A DNA stretch of 64,000 nucleotides, taken from positions 62,744,001-62,808,000 of the forward strand of contig JAGIQG010000004.1 of assembly GCA_024679065.1 (NCBI GenBank), given 5' to 3'. Below, in pieces: positions 27,645 through 40,560 of the stretch; position 1 is the stretch's first letter; each line of letters begins with the position of its first letter. Origin of the DNA: Sphyrna mokarran. Lineage: Eukaryota. The notes beneath the pieces are model-generated. The model saw only the letters and a program-made list of their open reading frames with translations, did no database searches and was not told the DNA's origin. The position numbers were made by a program, and so were the translations under genes.

Positions 27645-28000
27645 ATTTCAGTGCCTGGAATCAGGGTTTAGTTTCGGCCTGCATTGCCTGTCTCTGCGGT
27701 ATTTGCGTGTTCTTCCATATATGCTTCGTTTTCCTCCCTGTGTATTGCTTTCTTCCCACAATCCCAAGATTTGCAGGTTAGGCAGATGGGCCGTGCTAAA
27801 GTTATTTATTTTTGCCCAAAGAGTTGTAGGATCAGTGGATTACGAGATTAGATGGGCCAATAGGAAATGACACTCGGCGTGGGAGGAACTTGGGATGGAG
27901 TGGCGGCAGTGATTGAGATCGGGCAAGACACTCTTTTGGAAAGTCTGTGCAGAATCTATGGATCGAATGGCTCCTTCTGCACTGTCGAGATTCTATGGTT
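27645..28000 (+). mobile_element. Degenerate HE1-type SINE
   Basis: TTCTTCCCACAATCCCAAGAT core and GAATGGCTCCTTCTGCACTGT tail. Confidence 0.6.
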
Positions 28001-28490
28001 CTGCGAAATAGACCAAACAGTCCACCAAAATTCTTCACTATACTAAATGGTCAATATTAGGCTTCAACACCAATTGCCGCTGCTCCGTGTATCCGTTAAT
28101 TCTCTCCGGGATCGTAAGGTTATCCTAATCTGAAATGCGAAGGAACAGATGAAGTTGTGTTATTTTTAAATGGAAATAACCGACTCTATGGTGCAGTGCC
28201 GCAACCAGGTAATATCGCAAGCAGTATTGTTTCTTCTAATTCAAAGCATTTTGCATTTGCGTTTTCGTTGTTGCCTTAATATGTTAAATTCAATGAATAC
28301 ACCACATCCTGTTCCAACTGATATTGGACACATTCGCTAAATCATTGCATTACATTGAAACTTAAAATGATGATGCGACATTTTTGAAGACAATCTGCTT
28401 GTATGTGACGTAAATAACTAAAGCGTGACAATACAACTGTCTTATTGAACGCAGGTTTAGTTTTAATTTTTAAAGAGTGAAAGGGTATAT

Positions 28491-30680
28491 TGTTAGACGT
28501 AACCAATGGCAACATTAGACCTGCTATATGGGACCAATGCTAACAAGCTATAAGGATCAAATGATCGAGTAAGTTATGATACAAACGTCAAAAATGATGT
28601 GGTGTTCAGGTGACCAGCTGAGCTTAGTAGAAATAAAAATCTGGGGGAAGAGCTTGGGATCGGCCAGAATGAGGCCTGAAGTGCTGTATTAAATCCCCAT
28701 CTTCGATTTATGATTGAGAAAATGTCTTGTTTTATTTCTTTGCCGATAGCTGAAGAGTTCCTTCTCGTGGATCAATATTAGCCTCAGAGTGAAACTCATT
28801 GTAACATGGTGTTTGTTTTAAAGGATTGCTATAATCATGTCAGGAGGTCGAAGTAACCTGACGGGATTTGATTGCCCTGCTCTCCCCCCACCCCGCCCTT
28901 TTCAGATGCTGAACTATATCAGCAATAGAAGACATGGGTGCAAATGTGGACCCTTGTCACTGCAGTACCGAAAACAAAGCAAGGCATGCCATTAGTATTG
29001 TGCTTCTCCTTAAGAGCAACATAAGGAGCAACTATTTTCTGATTGGAGGGCAAATGTCCCAAAGAAAAGGCCGACAGCTTCTGCTACCAGACTTAAAGAA
29101 GCTTACCAAAAAGACGAATTTTCGGAGAATTATTAGGTTGGGTGATGTTTGACAAGGTTAGGATGTAAGATGTCCAATGCATGAAGGATTATATCATGGA
29201 TTTTAATAGGGGTCATAATAGGCTAAGTGAATTTAATTTGGAGATTCCAGATTGGCCTTTAAATTGTTGGATTGTGTATGTGAATATTATTTTAGTAATG
29301 CCTGGACTGCAATTAAGGGGAACCAAATCTTTCTTTGATCGAATAACATTATCATTAAAAAAGTTTTTTTCGAGAAACATTCGTTCCCCGCAACCTTTTT
29401 CAATTTGGATTGGATTGCCAAAACACACAAAATGGAGAAGTCAGCGATAATTCAGCCACATGTCGGACCAAATGGTGCACGAAGGCACTTAAATAAAGAC
29501 GGTTACACAAATAACAGAAGTAGTGTTTAAAACCGGATATAAAGACTATAACCCATTTCATGATTTGGAAAGAGGATGCACATGGGAAACTGATAAAAAA
29601 AACATTTTACTCGAAGAAATACTAAGCGATTGCAAATCACGATTTCTGATGTGATTTCCCATATCACTGTGTAGTAAACTGCCCAAAAATAAGAAATTAT
29701 TCTTTGAAATTACATGTGATACACAACACGTGGAAAACGACGGTGATGAAGATAATGAGCAGCAAGGCATTGTTTTGGTGGCAGGAAAGTTGAATTCTAT
29801 AATAAGCGCCCTGATGATAGATTATTTCAATTGCGTTATTTTAGATATTAGATGCACGTCACTCTCTGCGCCAATAATTGCCTAAATTCTTATTTGGGGT
29901 CTCTTGGTCAGAAAGGCTGAAAGGTAGCGAAAAAAAATGTAGTTCTACCTGTTTTAGATTTAGAGATGGCATTAGTTTAGCGTCGTCAAAGAAGCGCGGT
30001 ACTTCCCTTTAGGATTGCAGCAATCAACGCATACTTAAATGCAAATGTCGAATGTCGTTTCCAGTGACATAGCTTTGTTGTTAAGAAAGTCTGCGATGAA
30101 GAAAGTGCAGATGACCACTTAACATATGATGAAACGGTGGTATTTGGGAAAACTGTGGCCCTGTATTTGACAAGGTCTAGCCATTATTGTCTTCTCTTAT
30201 GCAGACCAAATACATCGAGCCAAAGGATTCATGATGCAATGGTATCATTTTCAGATAGTAGCATGATGGTTAAAAACATCATTCTGAAACTCCATACGCT
30301 GATTGCTCGCCCATCATTACAGAGACTGAGTGCATTGTTTCAGGAAGTACATTGTTGCACAAAAATTATAATGATCTCAAAGAACAAATACCAGCGCAGT
30401 GTGAAGTTTGGATAAAATATAGGACACTCCTGTTTTTAGTTGCGAGTCTACCACAAGCAGGGTGTTTCAATGATATAGCGCGATGGATCCAAATAGAAAG
30501 TATGAGGACAAAGGCATCTATCTATTGCAAGTCATGGACATGGCCATCCGGTTTAGTATATGTACGGTGATTTACAGCAAAGATAAAAATACCTTTATAG
30601 TTAAAATCATGACCCACTATATAAATATTTCGCCACCCAATATCTTGAAAATATTGCTCTGTTCAGTTCAATACTGACAC
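28491..30680 (+). mobile_element. Fossil Ty1/Copia (GalEa-like) LTR retrotransposon: 5' LTR, gag, protease, integrase N-terminus/core; 3'-truncated
   Basis: LTR TGTTA(28491)...TAACA(28806) with AATAAA, followed by TGGT. Gag-like MWTLVTAVPKTKQGM and DYIMDFNR..RL..FNLEIPD/AFKLLDC; protease-like FNCVILDIRCTS (29826); integrase KLH..AxPS, CEVW, SLP..FND, YLLQVMDMAIRFS..VIYSKDK. Integrase lies directly after protease (Copia order). Confidence 0.7.
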
Positions 30681-31745
30681 ATCGGTATCATTATTCCACT
30701 CACATCCAGTGTCCCTTGTTCAATGTGGCGTGGTTCCGATCTTTAATTGATGATCTTGTATTGAGATCGTAGCTGTTCCATTTTGCATCATGAACTGGCA
30801 CAAATCTCCCACTTGATGTGCAACTCGGCTTGGATTGGACATACTTTCCTTCCGTACCGGTATGCACCACGATAACAAAGAAAAGCTTTGTTTCTCTCCA
30901 AATTTTTCTCTCCAAATCTCCAAAGCTTTGATCTCTCCAAATCATCAAAACTTCTGAAAACACAGAGAATCCCATGAGAATCTCTGTTTCTGCATTGCAA
31001 AGTCATCGTACAAATTTGCACATCATCATGTTATAACACATCACTTTGCATACTGTGTCAATTTGTGTGATTTGTACTTTGATACGTCCGAAGTCAGCAT
31101 ATATTGTACCCAATATGTTGCCTCTAGCATTAAGCACCGGACTGCAAATATGTAACATCTACGATTCCCGCAAAATTTCTTTAGGCATTAAATTTTCTTT
31201 GGATTCACCATATTAAGATTGCTTCTGATCTATCACTTTGGATGGAAAAAAAATGGACGATATCGCATTCGCCTTTGTTGAACTGTATTTCCCACAATCT
31301 GCGCACTCACTCTATCGAATGATAATTTTCATTATCTCAAGATTGTTTCTGGCAATTCACACTTTATGCGTTAGCCAACCACAACATATTTGTAGACTGA
31401 AACCTGAGTAGCTGTTCAGTTTGTCTTTCTTATATTTAACTAATGTTATAGTTTCCTCACTCATTATGCCTTGAAGCTATTCAATCCCTATTAGAAGTTT
31501 TCTCTTCTCCAAATTAAGGCTTATGCTGCATTTTTTTTTTCATTTTAGGTGGCCGCTGCTTTGCTAAGCTCCAGATTTCCTTTCTCAAACCTCTGCCAAT
31601 GTCTACCCTAATTTATTTTTTGAAAAGACTTCTGCCAATTTGCACTTTCCGATGGAGCTTTACTGCAATGTCTGTACTCGTTTCTTGCATCAGAGGGTGG
31701 TGAGTGTGTCTGATTATCTGGATGACGATATTTGTGTGTGGAGCT

Positions 31746-31815
31746 GTGTGTGTGTGTGTGTGTGTGTGTGTGTCTGTAGGGGCGAGCGGGGCGTGGTCTT
31801 TAGACCTGGATTAGA

Positions 31816-31874
<59 letters not shown>

Positions 31875-31880
31875 TATTAG
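31746..31880. repeat. (TG)n microsatellites at the start of a ~1.4-kb GT-rich low-complexity tract (to ~33100)
   Basis: Perfect TG runs at 31746-31772 and 31818-31867, then degenerate GT-rich sequence. Confidence 0.9.
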
Positions 31881-33599
31881 TGTGTATGTACGTATGTGAG
31901 GATGCGTGACGTTCACATTGTGTTCGCTTGTGAGAGGAGGAAAGTTTGCTTACTAGGAGCTGTATGCTTTTAGGATGAATGTCCCAGTATCTACCCCAGT
32001 TTCCTTACTTAGAATACTTGTTACAATTTATATTTTCTAACTGCGCTTTTCTGCAATGTCTGTCGTATTTTATGGTCTTAGATCGGTGAGAGGTGACTGC
32101 GTATGTTTCTCTGTCAGGATGAGTGTATTTATGTGCGCAGATGAGTCCATGCGTGTGTCTGTGTGTTTCCGTGTGTGCATAGATTAGTGTATATGTGCGG
32201 GGTACAATGAGAGTACAAATGTGTGAGTGTCAGTTTGTATCGGCATGCATGAGGATCAGTGTGAGAGAAAACGAATGCTGTTTACTAGAATGAGTGTGTC
32301 TTAGGGTGAATTTGTGCGTATTAAGATGAGTATGTCTGAGGTTGAGTGCCGTTTTGTATAAGTGGGTGTATGTTGATAATAAATTGAGAGAATGTGTGAG
32401 CATGAGTTTGTGAGGACATGAGTGCTGGTACATGTCTGAGGTTAATTATGTAATCATAAGTGTTTATGTGTGTGTGTGTGTGCCTGTGAGTGCGATGAAT
32501 GTGTGCATATTATAACGAGTTCGTGTGCATTCGTGTGTTTGAGTGATTGAATGTGTTCTTGTGTGAGAAGATGAGTGCATGTGTGAGTGCATATGTGCGT
32601 GCGCGTGTTTATGTAAGTATGTGTGAATATGAGTTTGCACGTGTGGGCGCAGAACTGAGCCCTAACATATGTGTTTAGATCAATGTTTGTACATGAGTTT
32701 GGATATTACGTGCGTGAACTAGAATGATTGTGCTATGAGTGGGTGCATCAAGATAGATTTGTATCTGTTAGAATGTGTGCATGTGAACTTGATTATATTT
32801 GAAGCTAATTGTGATTGTGTGTGCGACAATAAGTGTGCGCGCGATAATCAGTTTGCTTTGAGAACCGTTTGAGTGTGTTAGACGTGTGTTGTGTGTGTGT
32901 GTGCGCGCGCGCTTATGTCGGGAAGAGAGCAAAATTGATAAATATTTGTGACAGGGAGAGGTGGGGATCAGTTCGATTGTCAGATAGGAGCTCGTTTGTG
33001 TGAGAGAATGAAGGGGAAGGAGAGGCGTCTGTGCACGAATATGAGGGAAAGATAAGAGTGGGTATGAATGTCTGAGGGAGATGGAAGTGTGTGCTTGTGT
33101 GTCACCGAAAGAGAAAATCTTGTGTCCGAAACGAGAATAGGGTTTCCAGCATTCCTGATATTTGAATTACGATGAGTTATGTTTTAATACCACAATAATG
33201 AATTATTTTCAGCATAACCACTCCTGTAGTCGACACGATTCCTTCCAGCGGTTAATGCTCAGGAGTATTGGGAAAATGGGTTGGTCTGGGATTAAAGTCA
33301 GTGCGATTTGTTGGTGATGAATGTGTGACACTCAAGCAGTCACTTCGGGCATGAAAATGTGGTAAAGTCGGGCATGAGAGAAGTAGCACGATCTGTGTTC
33401 GCTTTCGCGCTACTTCGCACTTTAAGAAGGCTTGACAATGACTTAATCGGGAACACGCCCAAAACGTGCACCACTTCAAATGAAATAGTTTTGCACGTAT
33501 TTCAATCCACTTAATGAGCTGTATACCCGATTTTACTAACACTTTACTAACACCAAATCCGGAATCGGTCTGGCGCAAACATGTTCAATAGTCTCATTC

Positions 33600-34822
33600 C
33601 CGAAGGAAGAAGGTGGAAGAATACGTGATTGTCAGCCTTCTGTTGCGAGAGAAGGAGCATTAAAAACAAGACGGTGTGATTCTTGCAGAACATCGGAGGT
33701 GGCCAGCAGAGGGCATGCACAGTGATATTCTTTGGGGGGCGGAGGAGGTGGGAAAAGTGCTTGGAGGTCAGGGGCTGGAAGTATGCAAGATGCTGGAGGT
33801 AAAGGGATCTGGAGATGAATTGGAGGAAGATGCATGATGGGGTAAAGCACTCAAACTTGCTTCTTGGATAAGGTCATTGACATTCCTGATGCACTGCTTC
33901 CCTGCTGTAGGGGCCGGCACCACAGCACAAACCCAGGTGGCAAATGCCTCCCAGACCATTTGTCCATGACGCACATTTGGTCTGCATTTTGTTGGGAATT
34001 TGAGGGTGTCCTGCCTCACCTCCGTTGCATCTAGCAGCCTGCTGAGGTTGTTCTCTGTGAATCTTGATGTTGGTCTTTGGACATCTTTTCCTGCACTGCC
34101 TATCTGCCTGTTTAAACTTTTTATGGAATTGCCCGTTGATATGGTAGATGTCCTGCAGACAGTTTGGGAAAGTACGCTAGCAAGTTACATGCAGTTTGTT
34201 TGTTCGAAATGAGGGGAAGGCAAGTGAGCAATTGCAGATATGATGATGGGGAGCGATGGGGATGAGTATTCTATGATTGGGGACAGGGGAGAGAGAGAGA
34301 GAGACATCATACAGTGACTGGAGTTAGAGAGAGTTGTGGTCTTGTGCAGGATTTCAGACTCTGGGGAGGAGGGGGAGGAGGATGTTGCTATTCTGACTGA
34401 TCAGCAGAAGTGCTGACACTCTGCCGGCGATCAGTGTGGGGAGGGGAGCACTGCCATTCTGCCTGCAGTGTGGGGGACCAGGATGCCACTGACCTGAGTG
34501 GTGGAGGGTGGAGTGGAATAAGGTAGCCTTTAAGACTGGAGGAAGGCAATGTCCACTGGGGACAGGCGGATGCATTATTTGGCCTAGATAGGATGTGGCA
34601 CTGAAGAGCATTATTTTATTTTTGTGCATGCGCATTTGGTGACCACGATCAGAATTGCAGTCCGTTGGGTGTGTCAAACACCACCCTCAGGTTTATGCAG
34701 CGAGAATCGTACTCACTGACAATTTTGCAGGCAGAGTGCATACTGGTGGGGGCAGGGGGAAATGGGCAACAAATGGGCCCAATGGACCAATCCGAAATTC
34801 TCCTAGTTTCAAGTGTACCCCA
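33600..34822 (-). mobile_element. PIF/Harbinger-like remnant with Myb/SANT-like ORF fragment
   Basis: Minus ~33865-34100 reads RFTENNLSRLLDATEVRQDTL...VWEAFATWVCAV...TAGKQCIRNVNDL, resembling Harbinger Myb/SANT (Myb_DNA-bind_5-type) proteins; GC-rich block; boundaries uncertain. Confidence 0.55.
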
Positions 34823-35149
34823 CACTTAGACAAAAAAAGGTAAACAATGTCTTGTATCTTTCTCATATGTGTATATATATAGAGAGAGAGAGAGAGAATA
34901 GGATGTAACATACAAAAAATTGCGATCGTTTTCGGATACAAACACGTGTAAAGTGCGGAGTTAGCCAATTTGCATGATATGCGAGAACCTACACCAGACA
35001 ATCTGAATTAGCAAACCATTTGAAGATATTCACAATGCCATATGTCGGTATTTCATAATAAATCTTAAAAGTAAAAGTACCCAACAATTGCCGATTGCTG
35101 CTTCACAGAAACAGGTCACAAACTATTCGAAAGGATACGTTGCTGTCAC

Positions 35150-37300
35150 ATTACATAGAAACTAAGAGCAGGTGTAGGCCATAGGGCCCATTACGCCTGC
35201 TCCATTAGCAAATGTGATCATCGCAGATCTCTACTATGTCAACGCCATCTTTATGTACTTTGGCATATTCCTTGATGGCTTTAAAATCGAACTGATTCCA
35301 TCTCTTTCTTGAATACATTCAGTGAATTGATGTTGAAAGCTGTCTTTGATACATAATTTCATGAATAACCAAACTTTAGGAAAAATATTTTTTTTCTTAA
35401 CTCTGTTCTAAATGGTTGGCTCCCTATTCTGAGAGTGTGTTTCCTGGTTCGGAACTGCCCATTCCTGTTGGAATTGCGTAGCTTTCAATGAGATTTCTTC
35501 TCACTTTTCTAAACTCAAATGAATTCAGGCCTGGTTACATCAATCCTTCCTCATAAGAGAGCTTACGATTATGGGGAATTCATGTCCCGTTACCAGCCTA
35601 ACAAAACTCGCTGCCTACGCCTATGGCAAGTGTGTCCTTTCTTAGATATGGAGATTAAAACTGAACGCAATATTCCAGACATTGGCTCACCAAGTTCCTT
35701 TATAAATATAGGAAAACATTTCTATTTCTGAACTCAAATCCTCTTATAAGGGAAGGCCAAGATACCACTTGTCTTCCTAACTACTTGTTGCACATGGTTC
35801 TCCATTTTCACGGTTTGGCACACTTAAGTCTCCTTGTACTCCAGTCTTTCCAATATATCAACAATTTGGCATTTTTTAAAATTTTCTCACGGAGGCAATC
35901 AACTCACAATTAGCCATGTTGTACAACACCCTCCACGAGTTTACACATTACTTGTGTAATTAACCTCGAAGGCACTTTATGTCCTCTTCTCAATTCAGAT
36001 TTCCACTAAGTTATGTGTCATGCTGAAATTGTGGATTGAAACTGGTGTCAGGTAATACCTGTTCATGAATCCTTGTATCTGCACCACTAATCAAGGTCTG
36101 CCATAGGGGGAAGAAACAATATATTTTTCAAAGTTTTTTTTTTGTCTATCGACCGATTCACAATCCATGGCAAGACATTTCATCTTATCCCATGTGCTAA
36201 TTGTGCATGTTAGCTTCTTAAGATTAACCTTATCAAAAACGTTCAAGAAGTCAATTACACCGCACCAATGATTCTCCCTTATCTATTCTACTTGTCATGT
36301 CTTGTTATGGAATAATTTGTTACATACTCCAGCATCTTCCCCGCTACTGATGCCTGGCCATTTGATCTTTTTTTCTTTACTTTCCTTTCTTTTTTTAAAA
36401 GTAGCGGGATTACGTTTGCAACCTCCAATCCGTAGGGATTGTTTTGCAAAGTGACCATCTATGCTTCCAATATTTCGAGATCCACATCCTGTAATAGTTA
36501 TGGGGGAGATTATCATGTCCTCCTGATTCATTAGTCATTTGCACTGTTAATTTCTGCAGCATCATGTTCTTACTAATACAAATTTCCTTCAATTCGACCT
36601 CTGACTAGACTGTTTGTTGCCTACCCGTTCTCAGAGTTCATTAGTGCCCTCCGTTATGAAGACAGATCAGCATTATGTGTTTATTTTTTTCTGCCATTGT
36701 AATTTGCTATAAGGAAATTCCATTTGTGTTTTGAGAAACTTTATCTTCAAATACTTATGGCAACTTCTAAGAATAGTTGGCATGTTCCCAGCATTTTTAC
36801 TCATACTAAACATTGCTTTTCTAGACCAAGTAGTTTGTCTTATTTTGCTGAATTCTAAATTACCACCAATAATGAGGGTTTCTGTTCTTCCAACAATTTT
36901 ACATATCTCCTCTTTGGAATTAATATTGTGGTTACATATATTTTGAGCCGCCTTACTACTTCATTTTTGAATCAGAGAATCTCCACAGCCTTCCCTAGCT
37001 AAATCGTGCCTGGTGGCCTCGTATTTCCCTTCATTTAGATACAGGATACCAGTTTCGGACTCGACGAATTCACACCCTTGCTTAATAATAAATTACATCG
37101 TTTTTTGGTTTCTCTTCCCAAGATCTTTAACTAATAATTTCTTATTGCGCACTGCCATTCTGAAATATCCTGCTGTCTGGTTGTTCCCTCAACATACTTC
37201 AGTAAAAACATTATACCCACATTCCAGGAACTCCTTCACCATACTATTGCTAGTTTGGGTGTCTAATATACGTGCAAATTAATGTTGCCTCGGATTGCAT
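35150..37300 (-). mobile_element. Old degenerate CR1 ORF2 remnant
   Basis: CR1-like 3' end at 35150-35200 and decayed RT segments on the minus strand. Confidence 0.55.
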
Positions 37301-37339
37301 ATTTGTTTCACACATCACTAGGTTTAGAAACATTACACT

Positions 37340-40300
37340 ACATTGATAAGGTCCCCCATGCAAGAACGTGAGAGGGCATGGGATCAAAGGGGCTTGGGCC
37401 TGTGGATCCAGAACTGGCTTGCCTGCAGAAGGCAGAGAGTAGTTGTGGATGGGTCTTTGTTTCTGAATGGAGGACAGTCACCAGTGGAGAGCCCCAAGGA
37501 TCTGTTCTACAACCATTGCTATTTGTCCTTTTTATAAATGACCTGGATGAAAAACAAAGAACAAAGAACAAAGAACAAAACAGCACGGGAAACAGGCCCT
37601 TCAGCCCAACGAGCCCGCGCCGCCACCCCGATGTTCCCACCTCTACCCGCGATCCCTATGTTTATAGATCTATGGATTAAAAACCAAATTTGAGACAATT
37701 TAGAGAGAATTTGTTTTGCCAATTATTCTTAAGAGCGCATCTTTGGGATGTGGGAGGAAACCGGAGCACCCGGAGAAAACCCACGCAAGCACGGGGAAAA
37801 TATGCAAACTCCCACACACACAGGCCCAAATCCATGTATCTGAACAGCATAGCGATAGTCACTGAGCTGTGATGTTGCCCATCAAATGGTCCAGGTCAAG
37901 CGTACACTAGCGACGTGAAGCACTGGGATACTCTTGAAAAAAAAATCCAAGAGCAGCCCTCTCACGACCCATCGCGTGTATGCCCGTTCTTAGACAACAA
38001 GGTGGACCAAAGCACCTGTAGGATAAAAACAAGTACATCATTATCATCGACTATTTACATACTTCTCAGGGACTCCCAAGGCTCATAATGCCTATTTTAA
38101 ATCAGTTTTCTATACCCATCCATTCTCATTCTGTTCATGTGCCCATCTAAGTATTTCTTAAATAACTCCAGAGTGTCTGCCTCCACCACATTACTTAGCA
38201 GCGCATTCCATACCCCCACCACCCTCTGTGCGAAGAAGCTCCTTCTAGCATCCAAATTACACCTTACCCCCCTCACCCTAAGCCTGTGACCCCTCGTGCT
38301 ATTAGAGTCCATCCGAGGAAAAAGAATAACCCTGTTTACTCTACTTATACCCCTCATAATCTTGTACACCTCTATTAGACCTCTGCTCAGTCTACGTCTT
38401 TCTAAGGAAAACAGTCTCAATTTGCCTAACCTCTCCTCGTAACTCAGACCTTCCATACCAGGCAGCATCCTGGTAAACCTCCTCTGCACTCTCTCCAGAC
38501 TCTCCACGCCCTTCCGGTAGTATGGCGACCAGAACTGGACGCAGTATTCCAAATGAGGTCTAACCAACGTTTTATACAACTGCAACATTAAAGGTCAGCT
38601 CTTGTACTCTATACCCCTTCCTATGAAGGCTAGCATACTATATGCTTTCTTCACAACCTTCTCCACTTGCTCTGCCACCTTCAGAGACTTGTTCACCTGC
38701 ACCCACAGGTCCCTCTGTGTTTCTATACTCCTAATAGGTCTACCCTTTAACATATACCTCCCCCCTACATTCTTTCTCCTGAAATGCATCACCTCACATT
38801 TATCAGGATTAAATTCCATCTGCCATCTATCTGCCCAAGCTACCAGCCTATCTATGTCCTGTTGCATCGCCTGACAATGTTTCTCACTATCCGCAAGTCC
38901 AGCCATCTTTGTATCGTCTGCAAACTTGCTGATCATTCCACTTACTCTCTTTCCCAAGTCATTTATATATATTACAAATAGAAGAGGTCCCAGTACCGCG
39001 CCCTGTGGCACACCACTAGTGACCGGCCTCCAGCTAGAAAAACACATTTCCACTGTTACTCTCTATCTCCTATTACTAAAAAAGTTACTTATCCATCTAG
39101 CTACCCATCCTTGTATCCAATGAGCCTTGACCTTCTCCACTAACCTTCCATGAGGTACATTGTCAAACACCTTAGTAAAATCCATATAGACGACATCAAC
39201 GGCTCGCCCTTCGTCCACCGTTTTCGTCAACTCCTCAAAAAATTCTACCAGATTTGTAAGGCACGACCTCCCCCTAACAAATCTATGCTGCGTGTCCCTA
39301 ATCAGATCGCAAACCCCTAAGTGCCTATACATCCTATCTCTAAGAATCCCCTCAAACAGCTTCCCTATCACTGACGTCAAACTCGCTGGCCATAATTCCC
39401 AGGGTTATTCCTACTACCCTTTTTTAAACAACCGTAAAACATTAGCTATTCTCCAGTCCTCCGGGACCTCACCTGTATCCAAAGATGAGAAAAAGATTTG
39501 CGTCAGAAGCCCAGAAATTTCACCTCGCACCTCCCTAAGCAGCCTGGGATACATGCCATCAGGCCCCCGAGATTTATCAGTTTTAATGCTACCTAGAAGC
39601 TCTAACACTTTCTCCCTTTATATGAAGGGAGGAAGTGTTGAGGATGTGGAGGGATGGATTCATAAGTTCGCTGACGATACGAAAGTTGGTGGTGTTGTGG
39701 ATAGTCTGGAGGGATGTCTGAAGTTGCAGCGAGACATAGATATGATGCAAGACTGGGCGGAGAAGTGGCAGATGGACTTCAACGTGGATAAATGTATGGT
39801 GGTCTATTTTGGTAGGACCAATGGGATGAAGGAGTTTAATATCAAGGGTAAGAGTCTTGGCAGTGTTGAGGAGCAGAAGGATCTTGGGGTCTGGGTCCAT
39901 AGAACTCTTCAATCTGCCCTGCAAGTGGAGGATGTTGTAGAGAAGGCATATGGTGTACTGATCTTCATTAATAGAGGGATTGAGTTTAGGAGTCGGGAGA
40001 TAATGCTGCAACTTTATAAGACCCTTGTTAGACCCCACTGGGAGTACTGTGAGTAGTTTTGGTCGCCTCACTATAGGAAGGATGTGGAAGCTATTGAGAG
40101 GGTGCAGGGGAGATTTACAAGGATTGGGGCGAATGCCTCATGAAGATAGGTTGAGAGAGCTAGGCCTCTTCTCCCTGGAGAGACGAAGGTTGAGAGGCGA
40201 CCTGATAAAGATTTATAAGATGTTGAGAGGAATAGGTAGAGTGGATTCTCAGATGCTATTTCCCAAGGCTGAAATGGTCGATACGAGAGGACACAGGTTT

Positions 40301-40560
40301 AAGATGCTGGGAGCAAGTACAGAGGAGATGTTAGAGGTAAGTTTTTCACTCAGAGGATGGTGAGTGAATGGAATCGATTGCCATCAGTGATGGTAGAGGC
40401 GAACTCACTGGGGTCTTTTAAGAGACTTCTGGATGAGTACATGGGATTTAATGGGATTGGGAGTTACAGATAGTTCTATGACCTGCAGGTATAGATGTGA
40501 TCAGCACAACTTGTGGGCCGAAAGGTCTGTTTGTGCTGTAGTGTTCTATGTTCTATGTTC
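37340..40560 (+). mobile_element. Host CR1 (family C) split into 37340-37550 and 39630-40560
   Basis: Left piece ends ...FINDLDE, right piece resumes EDVEGWIHKFADDTK; ACATTACA on both flanks (37330-37337, 40562-40569). Confidence 0.75.
37550..39620 (-). mobile_element. CR1 family B copy nested in another CR1
   Basis: Minus ORFs 38097-39608 are RT pieces; 3' UTR 37550-38095 is the reverse complement of 11700-12246. Confidence 0.93.

Noticed and set aside
30700-30975. Minus ORF ending at a GTGAGT donor
   Set aside because: No homology recognised; includes short TCTCCAAA repeats; no partner exons.
31640-31909. Cys/Val-rich ORF (and similar His/Thr ORFs at 42964-43296)
   Set aside because: Translations of dinucleotide microsatellites.
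39292-40056. 254-aa ORF as a novel gene
   Set aside because: Chance fusion of antisense CR1 and sense CR1 RT across a nested-insertion junction.
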